The notes beneath the pieces are model-generated. The model had not been told where the DNA came from and ran no database searches. It saw nothing but the letters and a program-made list of their open reading frames with translations. Positions 9,117 through 16,152 of a DNA stretch of 64,000 nucleotides are shown in pieces. The DNA is from an uncultured Bifidobacteriaceae bacterium (lineage in GTDB: Bacteria > Verrucomicrobiota > Verrucomicrobiia > Limisphaerales > UBA11358). The DNA is taken from positions 15,361 through 79,360 of the forward strand of contig CAYVGC010000001.1 of NCBI GenBank assembly GCA_964449815.1. Reading direction: 5' to 3'. Within the stretch, counting starts at the first letter, position 1. Each line of letters begins with the position of its first letter. The position numbers and the translations under genes are program-made.

Positions 9117-10188
9117 CACACCGCCGATGAACTCAAAAGCGAAAATGATTCGACGAAAGAAGCGCGGCGGTTTCGCCGAACGGCTACTTGAAAAAACTAC
9201 AGCGCCGGACTTGAAAAATGCACTTCCAACGAGCGAATGGAATTTTGATGAGACTAAAGTATCCGATACCGAGGTTGTGGCGTGCTGCCTGTGGGAATAT
9301 GCGCGTGAGTCAGCTACGCTAAAAAAATTGCGGCAGCAGTGCGAGATAGCCTGCCGCGCCGATGGCAACGCTGATTCGCTGGTTCCCGTTGTGGCGGGGA
9401 ACATCCGACACCGGCGCAATTCCGTGGAACTTTTTTTGCGGGAGATCGTGCTTCTGCCTCCGCCAGACTTATGGCAGAGCGCAGACGAGTCCAAGCCATT
9501 TTACTGGCCGCCTGATGCTGCCTTTCCACCGCGAACCAGCAGCTTCCCTGATTCCTGGCAATCAATGTCCCCGGATGAACGTGCTCGCCGGGCGGAGTCT
9601 GTAGATTTGAAAATGAAGCCTTACTTCGCGTTCAGTCGTGGCCGTTTGCGAGACGCGCAGGCCATCGTAAGGACAGTGATGGAACAGCGCAAAGTCGGAT
9701 TAAATCCCAAGATTGACCCCCTTGCAGTCAGTTTAATTGCCACGTCCATGCCGTTAGCGCCACACGCGCCGTTTGAATGGACTGATGATAATAACCGACT
9801 GCCGGGCGGGTTTGTGTATCCCGGCGGCACGGAGGTTTCGGTTGTGGAAATTGATTGGGCGCACTTCACTGACAAGGAAATTGCAGACGCGATTGCCCAA
9901 AGCCGGCCAAAGGAAATCCCTGAACCATCAGGGCGCGGGCGCGGAGATACAATCGCAGACTGGCGGGCAAAACTTGAACGGCTCGGAATCATGCGGTTGA
10001 TGCACCATCACTCGTTTGACGATTTGGGAAAAATCGTGCCGGGTGAATGGTTGAATCGGGAGAAGTATTCCACCAAGGCCGAGTGCAAAAATGAACACAA
10101 AAAAGCTCTTGATGACTTTCACGATTTGTTGCCGCTCCAGTCTGACGAGAAACCACTATCTTTCGAGCCGCTGACGGGCAATTGGTAG
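9109..10188 (+). CDS. Hypothetical protein (island orphan, no recognised domain)
   Basis: 359-aa ORF on the same strand as the integrase, overlapping the integrase stop by 8 nt. I recognise no motif. Confidence 0.6.
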   Translation: MPDTPPMNSKAKMIRRKKRGGFAERLLEKTTAPDLKNALPTSEWNFDETKVSDTEVVACCLWEYARESATLKKLRQQCEIACRADGNADSLVPVVAGNIRHRRNSVELFLREIVLLPPPDLWQSADESKPFYWPPDAAFPPRTSSFPDSWQSMSPDERARRAESVDLKMKPYFAFSRGRLRDAQAIVRTVMEQRKVGLNPKIDPLAVSLIATSMPLAPHAPFEWTDDNNRLPGGFVYPGGTEVSVVEIDWAHFTDKEIADAIAQSRPKEIPEPSGRGRGDTIADWRAKLERLGIMRLMHHHSFDDLGKIVPGEWLNREKYSTKAECKNEHKKALDDFHDLLPLQSDEKPLSFEPLTGNW

Positions 10189-10256
10189 CCACGGAACTTT
10201 TCGGAATCAAATCGCGGCGATTTGTTTCCTTGCTCCATGCGCAATGATGGTTGCGC

Positions 10257-10472
10257 ATGAGCGAAAACTTGAATCCAACGGCACCGCCGAGCGAAGCGGG
10301 GTTTATTGACGAAAAGCAACTGCTGGCGCGGCTTCCTGTGTCACGGCGAACCTGCTACGCGTGGGTTCAATCTGGAAAACTGCCCTGTTGCAAAATAAGC
10401 AGACGCAAACTGTATCACTGGCCATCGGTGGAAGCAGCGCTCCTGCGGATGCAACGAGGAGGCTGCCAATGA
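10257..10472 (+). CDS. Excisionase/AlpA-like helix-turn-helix DNA-binding protein (copy 1)
   Basis: GFIDEKQLLARLPVSRRTCYAWVQSGKLPCCKISRRKLYHWPSVEAALL matches the MerR-superfamily excisionase/AlpA HTH pattern. ATG at 10257 (the track start, TTG 10251, is also possible). Confidence 0.75.
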   Translation: MSENLNPTAPPSEAGFIDEKQLLARLPVSRRTCYAWVQSGKLPCCKISRRKLYHWPSVEAALLRMQRGGCQ

Positions 10473-10777
10473 AAACCACATCCGCCTGTTACGACGCGAT
10501 TGGCAACCTCGAATTATCTGCGTGGCTGGTGGCTCCCGGCGTGACGTGGATTCAGACCCGCTCACCACAGTTCGCCCGCAAACTTTCACAACGAAGCGAT
10601 TTCCGACTTGTGGCGCATGGTGTCGCGGGCGGTTATCTCCGCACCTTTGAATTTCAGCGCGGGCTGGCATGGGCGCGGCGTTTAATTGCGCGTTACACCA
10701 AAAACGAGACGGCGACTAATGTGCGGATAATTGCGCCAGCGCGCCCGCCCCGGCGTCGAATGGCTGAAGTCGGATGA
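10469..10777 (+). CDS. Hypothetical small protein (102 aa)
   Basis: The ATG at 10469 overlaps the Xis stop (ATGA), and its own stop overlaps the primase-like start (ATGA at 10774). It therefore looks like a coupled three-gene operon. Confidence 0.55.
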   Translation: MKTTSACYDAIGNLELSAWLVAPGVTWIQTRSPQFARKLSQRSDFRLVAHGVAGGYLRTFEFQRGLAWARRLIARYTKNETATNVRIIAPARPPRRRMAEVG

Positions 10778-11985
10778 TAGCGCCCATTGCCATCTCCGCA
10801 CCCGTTTCCTTTGGCTTGGACGTTCGCCGCCCAGGATTGCTGGAAACGCGCAGCACGGGTGACGTGTTGCTGGGCATCCAGTCCGGCGCATGGCTGGATA
10901 CAGTTGCGCTTGTCCGGTCGCTGCCGCATGACAGCGCAGAGCAAAAATCCGCCAAGCTCGCGCTCCCGTTTGCGACATGGGCGGGCGTGTTTTCGCGCCG
11001 TTCCATCTCCGGGCTTGTCTGGCACTCTGGGCAAATCGGCGTTGACCTAGACGACCTGGGCGAAGCCGCAGCCGTCGCCGTGTTGCAAACCGCCGTCGCC
11101 GACAGGTTTTGCTTGGCCGCATTTCGATCCGCCCGTGGTGAAGGTGTCCGGCTGATTTTCAGAATCCCGCCTTGCTCGCCAGAGAACCACTCCATCGCAT
11201 TTGAACAAGTCGCCGAACACGTCCGCAACACCTACGGGCGGGACGTGGACGAATCCGGCAAGGATGTTTGCCGCGCAAGTTTCGTCAGCTTTGATCGTGG
11301 TTTGTGGTTCAATCCGTCCGCTGGTGTTTTGCCGATACATCTGCCGGATGGCACACAGCGAGAGAATCCCTCTTACCGCTGTGTGCCATCGCCCTATGCT
11401 GGGGAATTGGCTTTAACCTGTTGGAATTGGTTTGGGCAGCACTTCGCCAACATCGCGCCCGTGTCAGGCGAGACGGTAAAAACGCACGGCAACATTTTGG
11501 CTTTGGGCAAGGCTATTGCTCTACATGCCGAACGGATAAAAGCGCCGGTGACTGCCCGGCTTATTGATTCGGCGTTTGATTCATGGTGGCGCGAGCACAA
11601 CCGGCAAGGTGTCCGTTTGCGTTGCTCGCCGAATGAATACCGGCGCGAGTTGCGCGACAGTATTGAAGGGGCGCGGCGCAAAAGTTGGTTCAAGTCCGCC
11701 GCTGAAAAATGGCTGCGATGGACACGGCACACAAATTTTCCGCACAGCGGATTCGAGCGAGTCTTTGGCCTTGGACAGTGCTTCTTCACGTTCGCGGATG
11801 GATTTTTCCCGCCCGGCAACGTCGAGGTCTTTTTGGGCCAGCCGATTTTCAAAATCACGGCGGGTGGATTCAATGAGCGGGGCAGCCAACGATTCCGTCA
11901 GCTTGATCTCGTTTTTGCATTTCGGACAGATGATGGTTGGTTCGGCCATAAGCATTCCTCTGGATTCAGTGTTTGCGCCCATTAA
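10774..11985 (+). CDS. Primase-like replication protein (BT4734/VirE N-terminal domain type); 3' end probably disrupted
   Basis: KLALPFATWAGVFSRRSISGLVWHSGQIGVDLDDL, FRSARGEGVRLIFRI and DESGKDVCRASFVSFDRGLWFNPSA match the BT4734-like/VirE_N pattern (KLP..t.sG.F..R...L..hSG...lD.D.l; F.S.sG.G.k; D.s.kD..R..f.S.D....N). The last ~235 nt are antisense to a DUF2130 gene fragment, so the true C-terminus is doubtful. Confidence 0.65.
   Translation: MIAPIAISAPVSFGLDVRRPGLLETRSTGDVLLGIQSGAWLDTVALVRSLPHDSAEQKSAKLALPFATWAGVFSRRSISGLVWHSGQIGVDLDDLGEAAAVAVLQTAVADRFCLAAFRSARGEGVRLIFRIPPCSPENHSIAFEQVAEHVRNTYGRDVDESGKDVCRASFVSFDRGLWFNPSAGVLPIHLPDGTQRENPSYRCVPSPYAGELALTCWNWFGQHFANIAPVSGETVKTHGNILALGKAIALHAERIKAPVTARLIDSAFDSWWREHNRQGVRLRCSPNEYRRELRDSIEGARRKSWFKSAAEKWLRWTRHTNFPHSGFERVFGLGQCFFTFADGFFPPGNVEVFLGQPIFKITAGGFNERGSQRFRQLDLVFAFRTDDGWFGHKHSSGFSVCAH
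11750..11949 (-). pseudogene. Truncated DUF2130-family gene (N-terminal ~65 codons only)
   Basis: MAEPTIICPKCKNEIKLTESLAAPLIESTRRDFENRLAQKDLDVAGREKSIREREEALSKAKDSLE resembles a DUF2130 N-terminus (Zn-ribbon-like CPxC followed by a coiled coil). Beyond about 11750 the reading frame looks like non-coding translation. Confidence 0.5.
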
Positions 11986-12136
11986 ATACAGAATCATCCA
12001 CCTTGTCGAAAGATTCTGGACGGCAGGGCGAATTTCTCGCGGTTGTCTTGCCCTTATCTACGGGCAATTTTTGGAAGACACCATCCCCTTAACCATTCGG
12101 CCAACGAAACGAGCCGCATCCGCACCAGTGTCAAAT

Positions 12137-12187
12137 TGCGGCAAAATGCGGCAACGAACTTGTCGCAATTTGCCGCCATTTGCCGCC
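12137..12187. repeat. Phased GCGGCAA motifs in an inverted arrangement (candidate operator or iteron)
   Basis: TGCGGCAA at 12137..12144 and 12147..12154 (10-bp phase), TGTCGCAA at 12161..12168, and then TTGCCGCC at 12170..12177 and 12180..12187 (reverse complement GGCGGCAA, 10-bp phase). Confidence 0.5.
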
Positions 12188-12204
12188 TTCAGCCGAAGGC
12201 TTTT
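12185..12204 (+). terminator. Candidate rho-independent terminator
   Basis: GCCTTC-AGCC-GAAGGC hairpin followed by TTTT. Confidence 0.4.
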
Positions 12205-12223
12205 ATCACACGGACGCCTTACT

Positions 12224-12246
12224 CCTTGGCTGAACCAAGGTTTTTT
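12224..12246 (+). terminator. Candidate rho-independent terminator
   Basis: CCTTGG-CTGAA-CCAAGG hairpin followed by TTTTTT. The orientation fits termination of the xis/orf/primase operon. Confidence 0.45.
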
Positions 12247-12498
12247 GTCCGCGCAACGGCCACGATCCGGCCCGCGTGTTGAACGGTGTTGACAGGTTCA
12301 ACGCAATTCAACATCGCGCATCCGCGCCAGGTATGCCTTCGGCTCCGCGTGAATCGCCCTGCGATTGTGTGGCTCGCTGCGCGTCGTCAAGGTAGTTTCG
12401 CCGTAATGCCCGGCGACTTCCACCTTGACGATGCTCGCTTCGCCGGGAGAAAGACGGGCGATTAAGGATTCACGCGGGAAGTGTCGCAGCCGTTGGCT

Positions 12499-12960
12499 GG
12501 GACATCACACGGGAAATGCGATACCGTGATGCGGACAGTTTCCGGCCAGTCCAAGTATCGGGACACGGACGGCCTATGGCCAGAACGCGGACATTCGCGG
12601 CACGGGCACGGTCGCGGACATGGACTTTTCACGGACACGGACTGTGCGCGACCACGGAGAAACAGCGGACGCGGATGCGGTCACGGACTGGATGCGGGCA
12701 CGGCGCGGTCGCGGACTGGACACGGCCCCGGATCGGACACGGACTGCCCGTGGCTACGGACAGCGGCGCGGCCATTTGGCCGGACAGATTGCGGATTCAC
12801 CGCGACTGTTTCGCGGACGCAAAAACCTCGTTTTGACGAGGAGTAAGGCTTGCCCCATCCAAAACCGGTAGGTTGCAACCATGCGGATGCCAATCCACTG
12901 CGGATCAAGTGTGGACTGATTTGCCTGCATCGCGGATGCGACTGGACAGATTACGAGGAC
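12499..12960 (+). repeat. Strand-specific degenerate short-motif array (core CGGAC, variants GGGAC/TGGAC/CGGAT)
   Basis: There are 14 exact CGGAC on the + strand, at 12532, 12566, 12588, 12615, 12632, 12638, 12666, 12684, 12712, 12734, 12740, 12757, 12781 and 12814. I saw no GTCCG on this strand in the same span. CGGACACGGACTG doublets recur at 12632 and 12734. GCGGAT variants continue to about 12940. Five overlapping stop-free frames are a compositional side effect. Confidence 0.75.
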
Positions 12961-13085
12961 ACTTTCCATTCCGGCAGCGTGTCAGCCGCTTTTGAAATCC
13001 TGCGTGCGTGACACACCCGCCCGGTCGCTGTTTAGCACAAAGTCTCCGGTGTATGAATGGTGAACTGAAAGATTTTTTGAGCGTC

Positions 13086-13334
13086 ATGCCGCCTGCCAGC
13101 CCGGATATACGGGACGTTGGTATCCGCGCTGAACAAAACCAAACATCGGCAGGCGAGGCTGGCTTCATTGACCAAAAGCAATTGCTGGCGCGGTTGCCAA
13201 TCAGCCGCCGCACGTTGTTCAACTGGCGCACGTCGGGCAAAATTCCCTGCGTGCGGCTGGGCGGGCGTCGCATCTTGTTTCACTGGCCTTCAGTCGAGGC
13301 CGCGCTGCTGCGTCACCAAAATCCGGCGGCGTGA
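13086..13334 (+). CDS. Excisionase/AlpA-like helix-turn-helix protein (copy 2, diverged paralog of 10257..10472)
   Basis: GFIDQKQLLARLPISRRTLFNWRTSGKIPCVRLGGRRILFHWPSVEAALL is roughly two-thirds identical to copy 1 over ~55 aa by eye. The start is uncertain (13008, 13053 or 13086). Confidence 0.7.
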   Translation: MPPASPDIRDVGIRAEQNQTSAGEAGFIDQKQLLARLPISRRTLFNWRTSGKIPCVRLGGRRILFHWPSVEAALLRHQNPAA

Positions 13335-13418
13335 TAATTCCCCTGATTGACACTTTGCCCGAATGACGCAATCTGTCCGCGACGTTTTTTGGATTTGAAA
13401 CCGAGATGATTCAATGGC

Positions 13419-14465
13419 ATGAGCGCGAATGAAAATAAACCCGGCGGCGAAGTGATCCTGTATCAGACCGAGGATTTACAGACTCGCGTGCAAGTGCGGC
13501 TGGACGGACAGACGGCCTGGCTGTCTTTGAACGAACTGGCGGAGTTGTTCCAGCGGGACAAATCAGTGATTTCCAAACATCTTAAAAATATATTTGAAGA
13601 AGGCGAACTGTCGACAGCGGCAACTGTTGCAAATTTTGCAACAGTTCAAAAGGAGGGCGGGCGCACGGTTGCGCGGAACATCGAGTTTTACAATCTGGAC
13701 GCCATTATCGCCGTTGGCTACCGCGTGAAATCGGCGCGTGGCACGCAGTTTCGCATCTGGGCGACGGCGCGGCTCAAGGAATATCTCGTCAAAGGCTTCA
13801 CGATGGATGACGAGCGGCTGAAAAATCCGCCGGGCAAGGGGCAGACGGATTATTTTGACGAACTGCTGGCGCGTATCCGGGACATCCGTTCCTCGGAACG
13901 GCGGTTCTATCAGAAGGTTCTGGATATTTACGCGACGAGCGTGGATTACACGCCGGATGCGGAGGTGTCGCAGAAATTCTTCGCCACGGTGCAGAACAAA
14001 ATGCACTGGGCGACGCACGGCCACACGGCGGCGGAGATAATCCATGAGCGGGCGGATGCCGGGAAACCGTTCATGGGGATGCTGACGACGCGCCCCGGCG
14101 GGCGCGTGCGGAAAGAGGACGCGGCGATTGCCAAGAATTACCTCACGGAAGACGAATTGCAGGTGCTTAACCGCATTGTGAATCTCTACATCGAATACGC
14201 GGAGTTGCAGGCGCTGGAACGCAAGCCAATGACGATGCGCGACTGGATCACGAAGCTGGACGAGTTCCTGAAAATCTCCGGGCGCAAGCTGCTGGATCAC
14301 GCCGGGACGATTTCCCACGAGCAGGCGATGATAAAGGCGGAACTGGAATTTTCAAAATTCCGCGCACTGGAAGATGCGAAACCGTCGCCGGTGGAAAAGG
14401 AATTTGAGGCGACGGTGAAAAAGTTGAAGCAATTGAAACCAGCGAAGGGAAAGAAAAAGCCCTGA
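13419..14465 (+). CDS. RhuM-family (virulence RhuM / Fic-DOC-associated) protein
   Basis: EVILYQTEDLQTRVQVRLDGQTAWLSLNELAELFQRDKSVISKHLKNIFEEGEL...NLDAIIAVGYRVKSARGTQFRIWATARLKEYLVKGF is the characteristic RhuM N-terminal signature. Confidence 0.88.
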   Translation: MSANENKPGGEVILYQTEDLQTRVQVRLDGQTAWLSLNELAELFQRDKSVISKHLKNIFEEGELSTAATVANFATVQKEGGRTVARNIEFYNLDAIIAVGYRVKSARGTQFRIWATARLKEYLVKGFTMDDERLKNPPGKGQTDYFDELLARIRDIRSSERRFYQKVLDIYATSVDYTPDAEVSQKFFATVQNKMHWATHGHTAAEIIHERADAGKPFMGMLTTRPGGRVRKEDAAIAKNYLTEDELQVLNRIVNLYIEYAELQALERKPMTMRDWITKLDEFLKISGRKLLDHAGTISHEQAMIKAELEFSKFRALEDAKPSPVEKEFEATVKKLKQLKPAKGKKKP

Positions 14466-14547
14466 CGCGCTTCACGTCGTTTTGAGTCCCGGATGCTGCC
14501 ATGAACCCTCCGGCGGTGATCGGGACGCGCCACGGCAGGCCAAAATC

Positions 14548-14632
14548 TTTGCACAAGGTTTGCACAGATTCCGGGGCGAGTTTGATTTGCACAAAGTTTG
14601 CACAGCCGGTTTCTCTGCACACGATTTGCACA
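14548..14632 (+). promoter_or_regulatory. Six (T/C)TTGCACA motifs as three 11-bp-phased pairs (candidate arm-type recombinase/RDF sites)
   Basis: Motif starts at 14548 and 14559, at 14586 and 14597, and at 14614 (TCTGCACA) and 14625. All share the orientation of the pair at 7789/7800. Confidence 0.55.
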
Positions 14633-14763
14633 CGTTTTTCTTCCCACCGCTTCCCAAAAATGAACAGATAATGCTTGCAAACATTGATTGTCTGTGTATA
14701 TTGAAGGGCAATGAATATACAACTAGAGGCAATCATGGGAAGCGGTGAGAACACCCTGAAAGT

Positions 14764-14789
14764 TGGTTCGAATCCATGTCGGACAGCCA
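14764..14789. repeat. att core, distal copy
   Basis: 26/26 identity to the tRNA-Gln 3' end. The upstream flank does not fold into a tRNA. Confidence 0.85.
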
Positions 14790-15018
14790 GTCTGGTTCTT
14801 TTGCGAACTCCGCTTGAAGTCCGTTGATTCATAAACTTCCATCGCCGGGTTGTCCGGCAAAGCGTTGTTTTTCCCAGCAAGCCTCGCATGGGTGTTATGC
14901 TTCATATACTGCGGCCTTCATTTCCTTGCCGGCTTTGAACTTCGGCCGTTGCTAAAAACGAAGTCAAGTCAACGCAAAAATAATTTGTGCCGCGCGGGAC
15001 AAGTTGTATTTTGGGGTT

Positions 15019-16005
15019 ATGAGCACCCGTTTCAACCGCCGGAGTTTCTTGAAGAAATCGGCGGCCGTGGCCGTGGCCGCGCCGCTTGTCGCCAGCCTGG
15101 AAGAATACAGGCTCATGGCGCAGGAATCCGGGGCGCCCGCGCCGGGGGTAGTCGGTGGAAAACCGGCCGCCATGCCGATGGGCACGATTGGCCATGTCAA
15201 GATGAGCCGACTGATCTGCGGCGGCAATCTGGTCAGCGGCTATGCGCACAGCCGCGATCTGATTTACGTTTCCAATTTGCTCAAAGCCTATTTCACCGAC
15301 GCGAAAATCATGGAGACGTGGGCGCTATGCGAGCAGAACGGAATCAACACGATGATTTTCAATCCATCGGATCAACACGCGCTGCGTGTTTACAGGGAAT
15401 ACTGTAAAAAGGGCGGCAAGATGCAGTGCATCGCGCAGCTCGATGCGCCGAAAGAAAACATGGAAGGCTGCATCAAGGAGGCAGTGGATGCCGGCGTGGA
15501 TGGAGTCGTTCTGGTCGGCAATCTCGGCGACAGCTGGTCGCGCGAAGGCGCGGTGGACCGGATCGGAAAATTCATCGAACTGGCGCAAATGAACGACATC
15601 ATCGCCGGCGTGGCCGGCCACGAATTGCACACGCCGATGGCGGTCGAGAAGGCCGGCATCAAGGCCGATTTTTACATGAAGACCCTGCACAACACCAACT
15701 ACTGGTCCAAGCGCCGGCCCGATCAGGTGCAAGAGGTCATTGATAATTATGGCGTTGACAATTACTGGTGCATGGATCCGGAGGGCACCATTGAATTCAT
15801 GAAAACGACGAAGCGTCCGTGGCTGGCCTACAAAGTTCTGGCCGCCGGCGCGATTCATCCGCGCGAGGGTTTCAAGCACGCGTTTCAGAACGGCGCGGAT
15901 TTTTGCGTGGTCGGCATGTTCGATTTCCAGGTGGCGGAAAATGTTTCGGTCGCCAACGAAGTTCTTCAGACGATTGAAAAACGAGAGCGCCGGTGGATGG
16001 CGTGA
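15019..16005 (+). CDS. Hypothetical exported protein with a twin-arginine (Tat) signal
   Basis: MSTRFNRRSFLKKSAAVAVAAPLVA is a Tat-type leader. I recognise nothing in the remainder. ATG at 15019 (track start TTG 15004). Confidence 0.7.
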   Translation: MSTRFNRRSFLKKSAAVAVAAPLVASLEEYRLMAQESGAPAPGVVGGKPAAMPMGTIGHVKMSRLICGGNLVSGYAHSRDLIYVSNLLKAYFTDAKIMETWALCEQNGINTMIFNPSDQHALRVYREYCKKGGKMQCIAQLDAPKENMEGCIKEAVDAGVDGVVLVGNLGDSWSREGAVDRIGKFIELAQMNDIIAGVAGHELHTPMAVEKAGIKADFYMKTLHNTNYWSKRRPDQVQEVIDNYGVDNYWCMDPEGTIEFMKTTKRPWLAYKVLAAGAIHPREGFKHAFQNGADFCVVGMFDFQVAENVSVANEVLQTIEKRERRWMA

Positions 16006-16152
16006 AGCAAGAACTTTCCCGCCCCAAACCTCGTCACCCGGCCAATCGCCGCCGGAAACAAAGCCAGCCGAAGCTTGCGCTATAGGAGCCAACTTGTAGC
16101 TTTGGATTGGATTCCAAAATCCATGAAACCAGAATGGGTTCGGCAAATCGCG

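Larger units (their letters stand above)
7730..14789. mobile_element. Integrative element (~7.06 kb) inserted in the 3' end of tRNA-Gln; integrase/Xis/primase-type island, possibly a phage-satellite-like or mobilizable element
   Basis: A perfect 26-bp direct repeat TGGTTCGAATCCATGTCGGACAGCCA occurs at 7730..7755 (the tRNA 3' end) and at 14764..14789. A tyrosine integrase gene lies directly next to the tRNA. The interior holds Xis-like HTH genes, a primase-like gene, a RhuM cargo gene, and a gene fragment. GC looks visibly lower in parts, for example 9109..10188. Confidence 0.8.

Noticed and set aside
8019-9494. 491-aa ORF antisense to the integrase and the orphan gene.
   Set aside because: The integrase catalytic motifs are on the plus strand, and this translation has no features.
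12296-12480. Minus-strand reading frame ...LSPGEASIVKVEVAGHYGETTLTTRSEPHNRRAIHAEPKAYLARMRDVELR followed by a stop.
   Set aside because: An upstream in-frame stop leaves only a short ORF with no credible start, and I recognise no family. It may be a gene remnant but cannot be supported.
12499-12960. Possible CRISPR array.
   Set aside because: There is no constant repeat of 24 to 40 bp separated by unique spacers. The recurring unit is only 5 to 13 bp with irregular spacing, and no cas genes are present.
12481-12969. Five overlapping ORFs (three plus-strand, two minus-strand) across the CGGAC array.
   Set aside because: Simultaneous openness of five frames and dipeptide-periodic translations (RT, HG, TD) indicate a compositional effect of the repeat, not genes.
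14690-14789. Possible second tRNA gene at the distal island end.
   Set aside because: Only the last 26 bp match tRNA-Gln. The upstream sequence has no acceptor 5' strand, D arm or anticodon arm.
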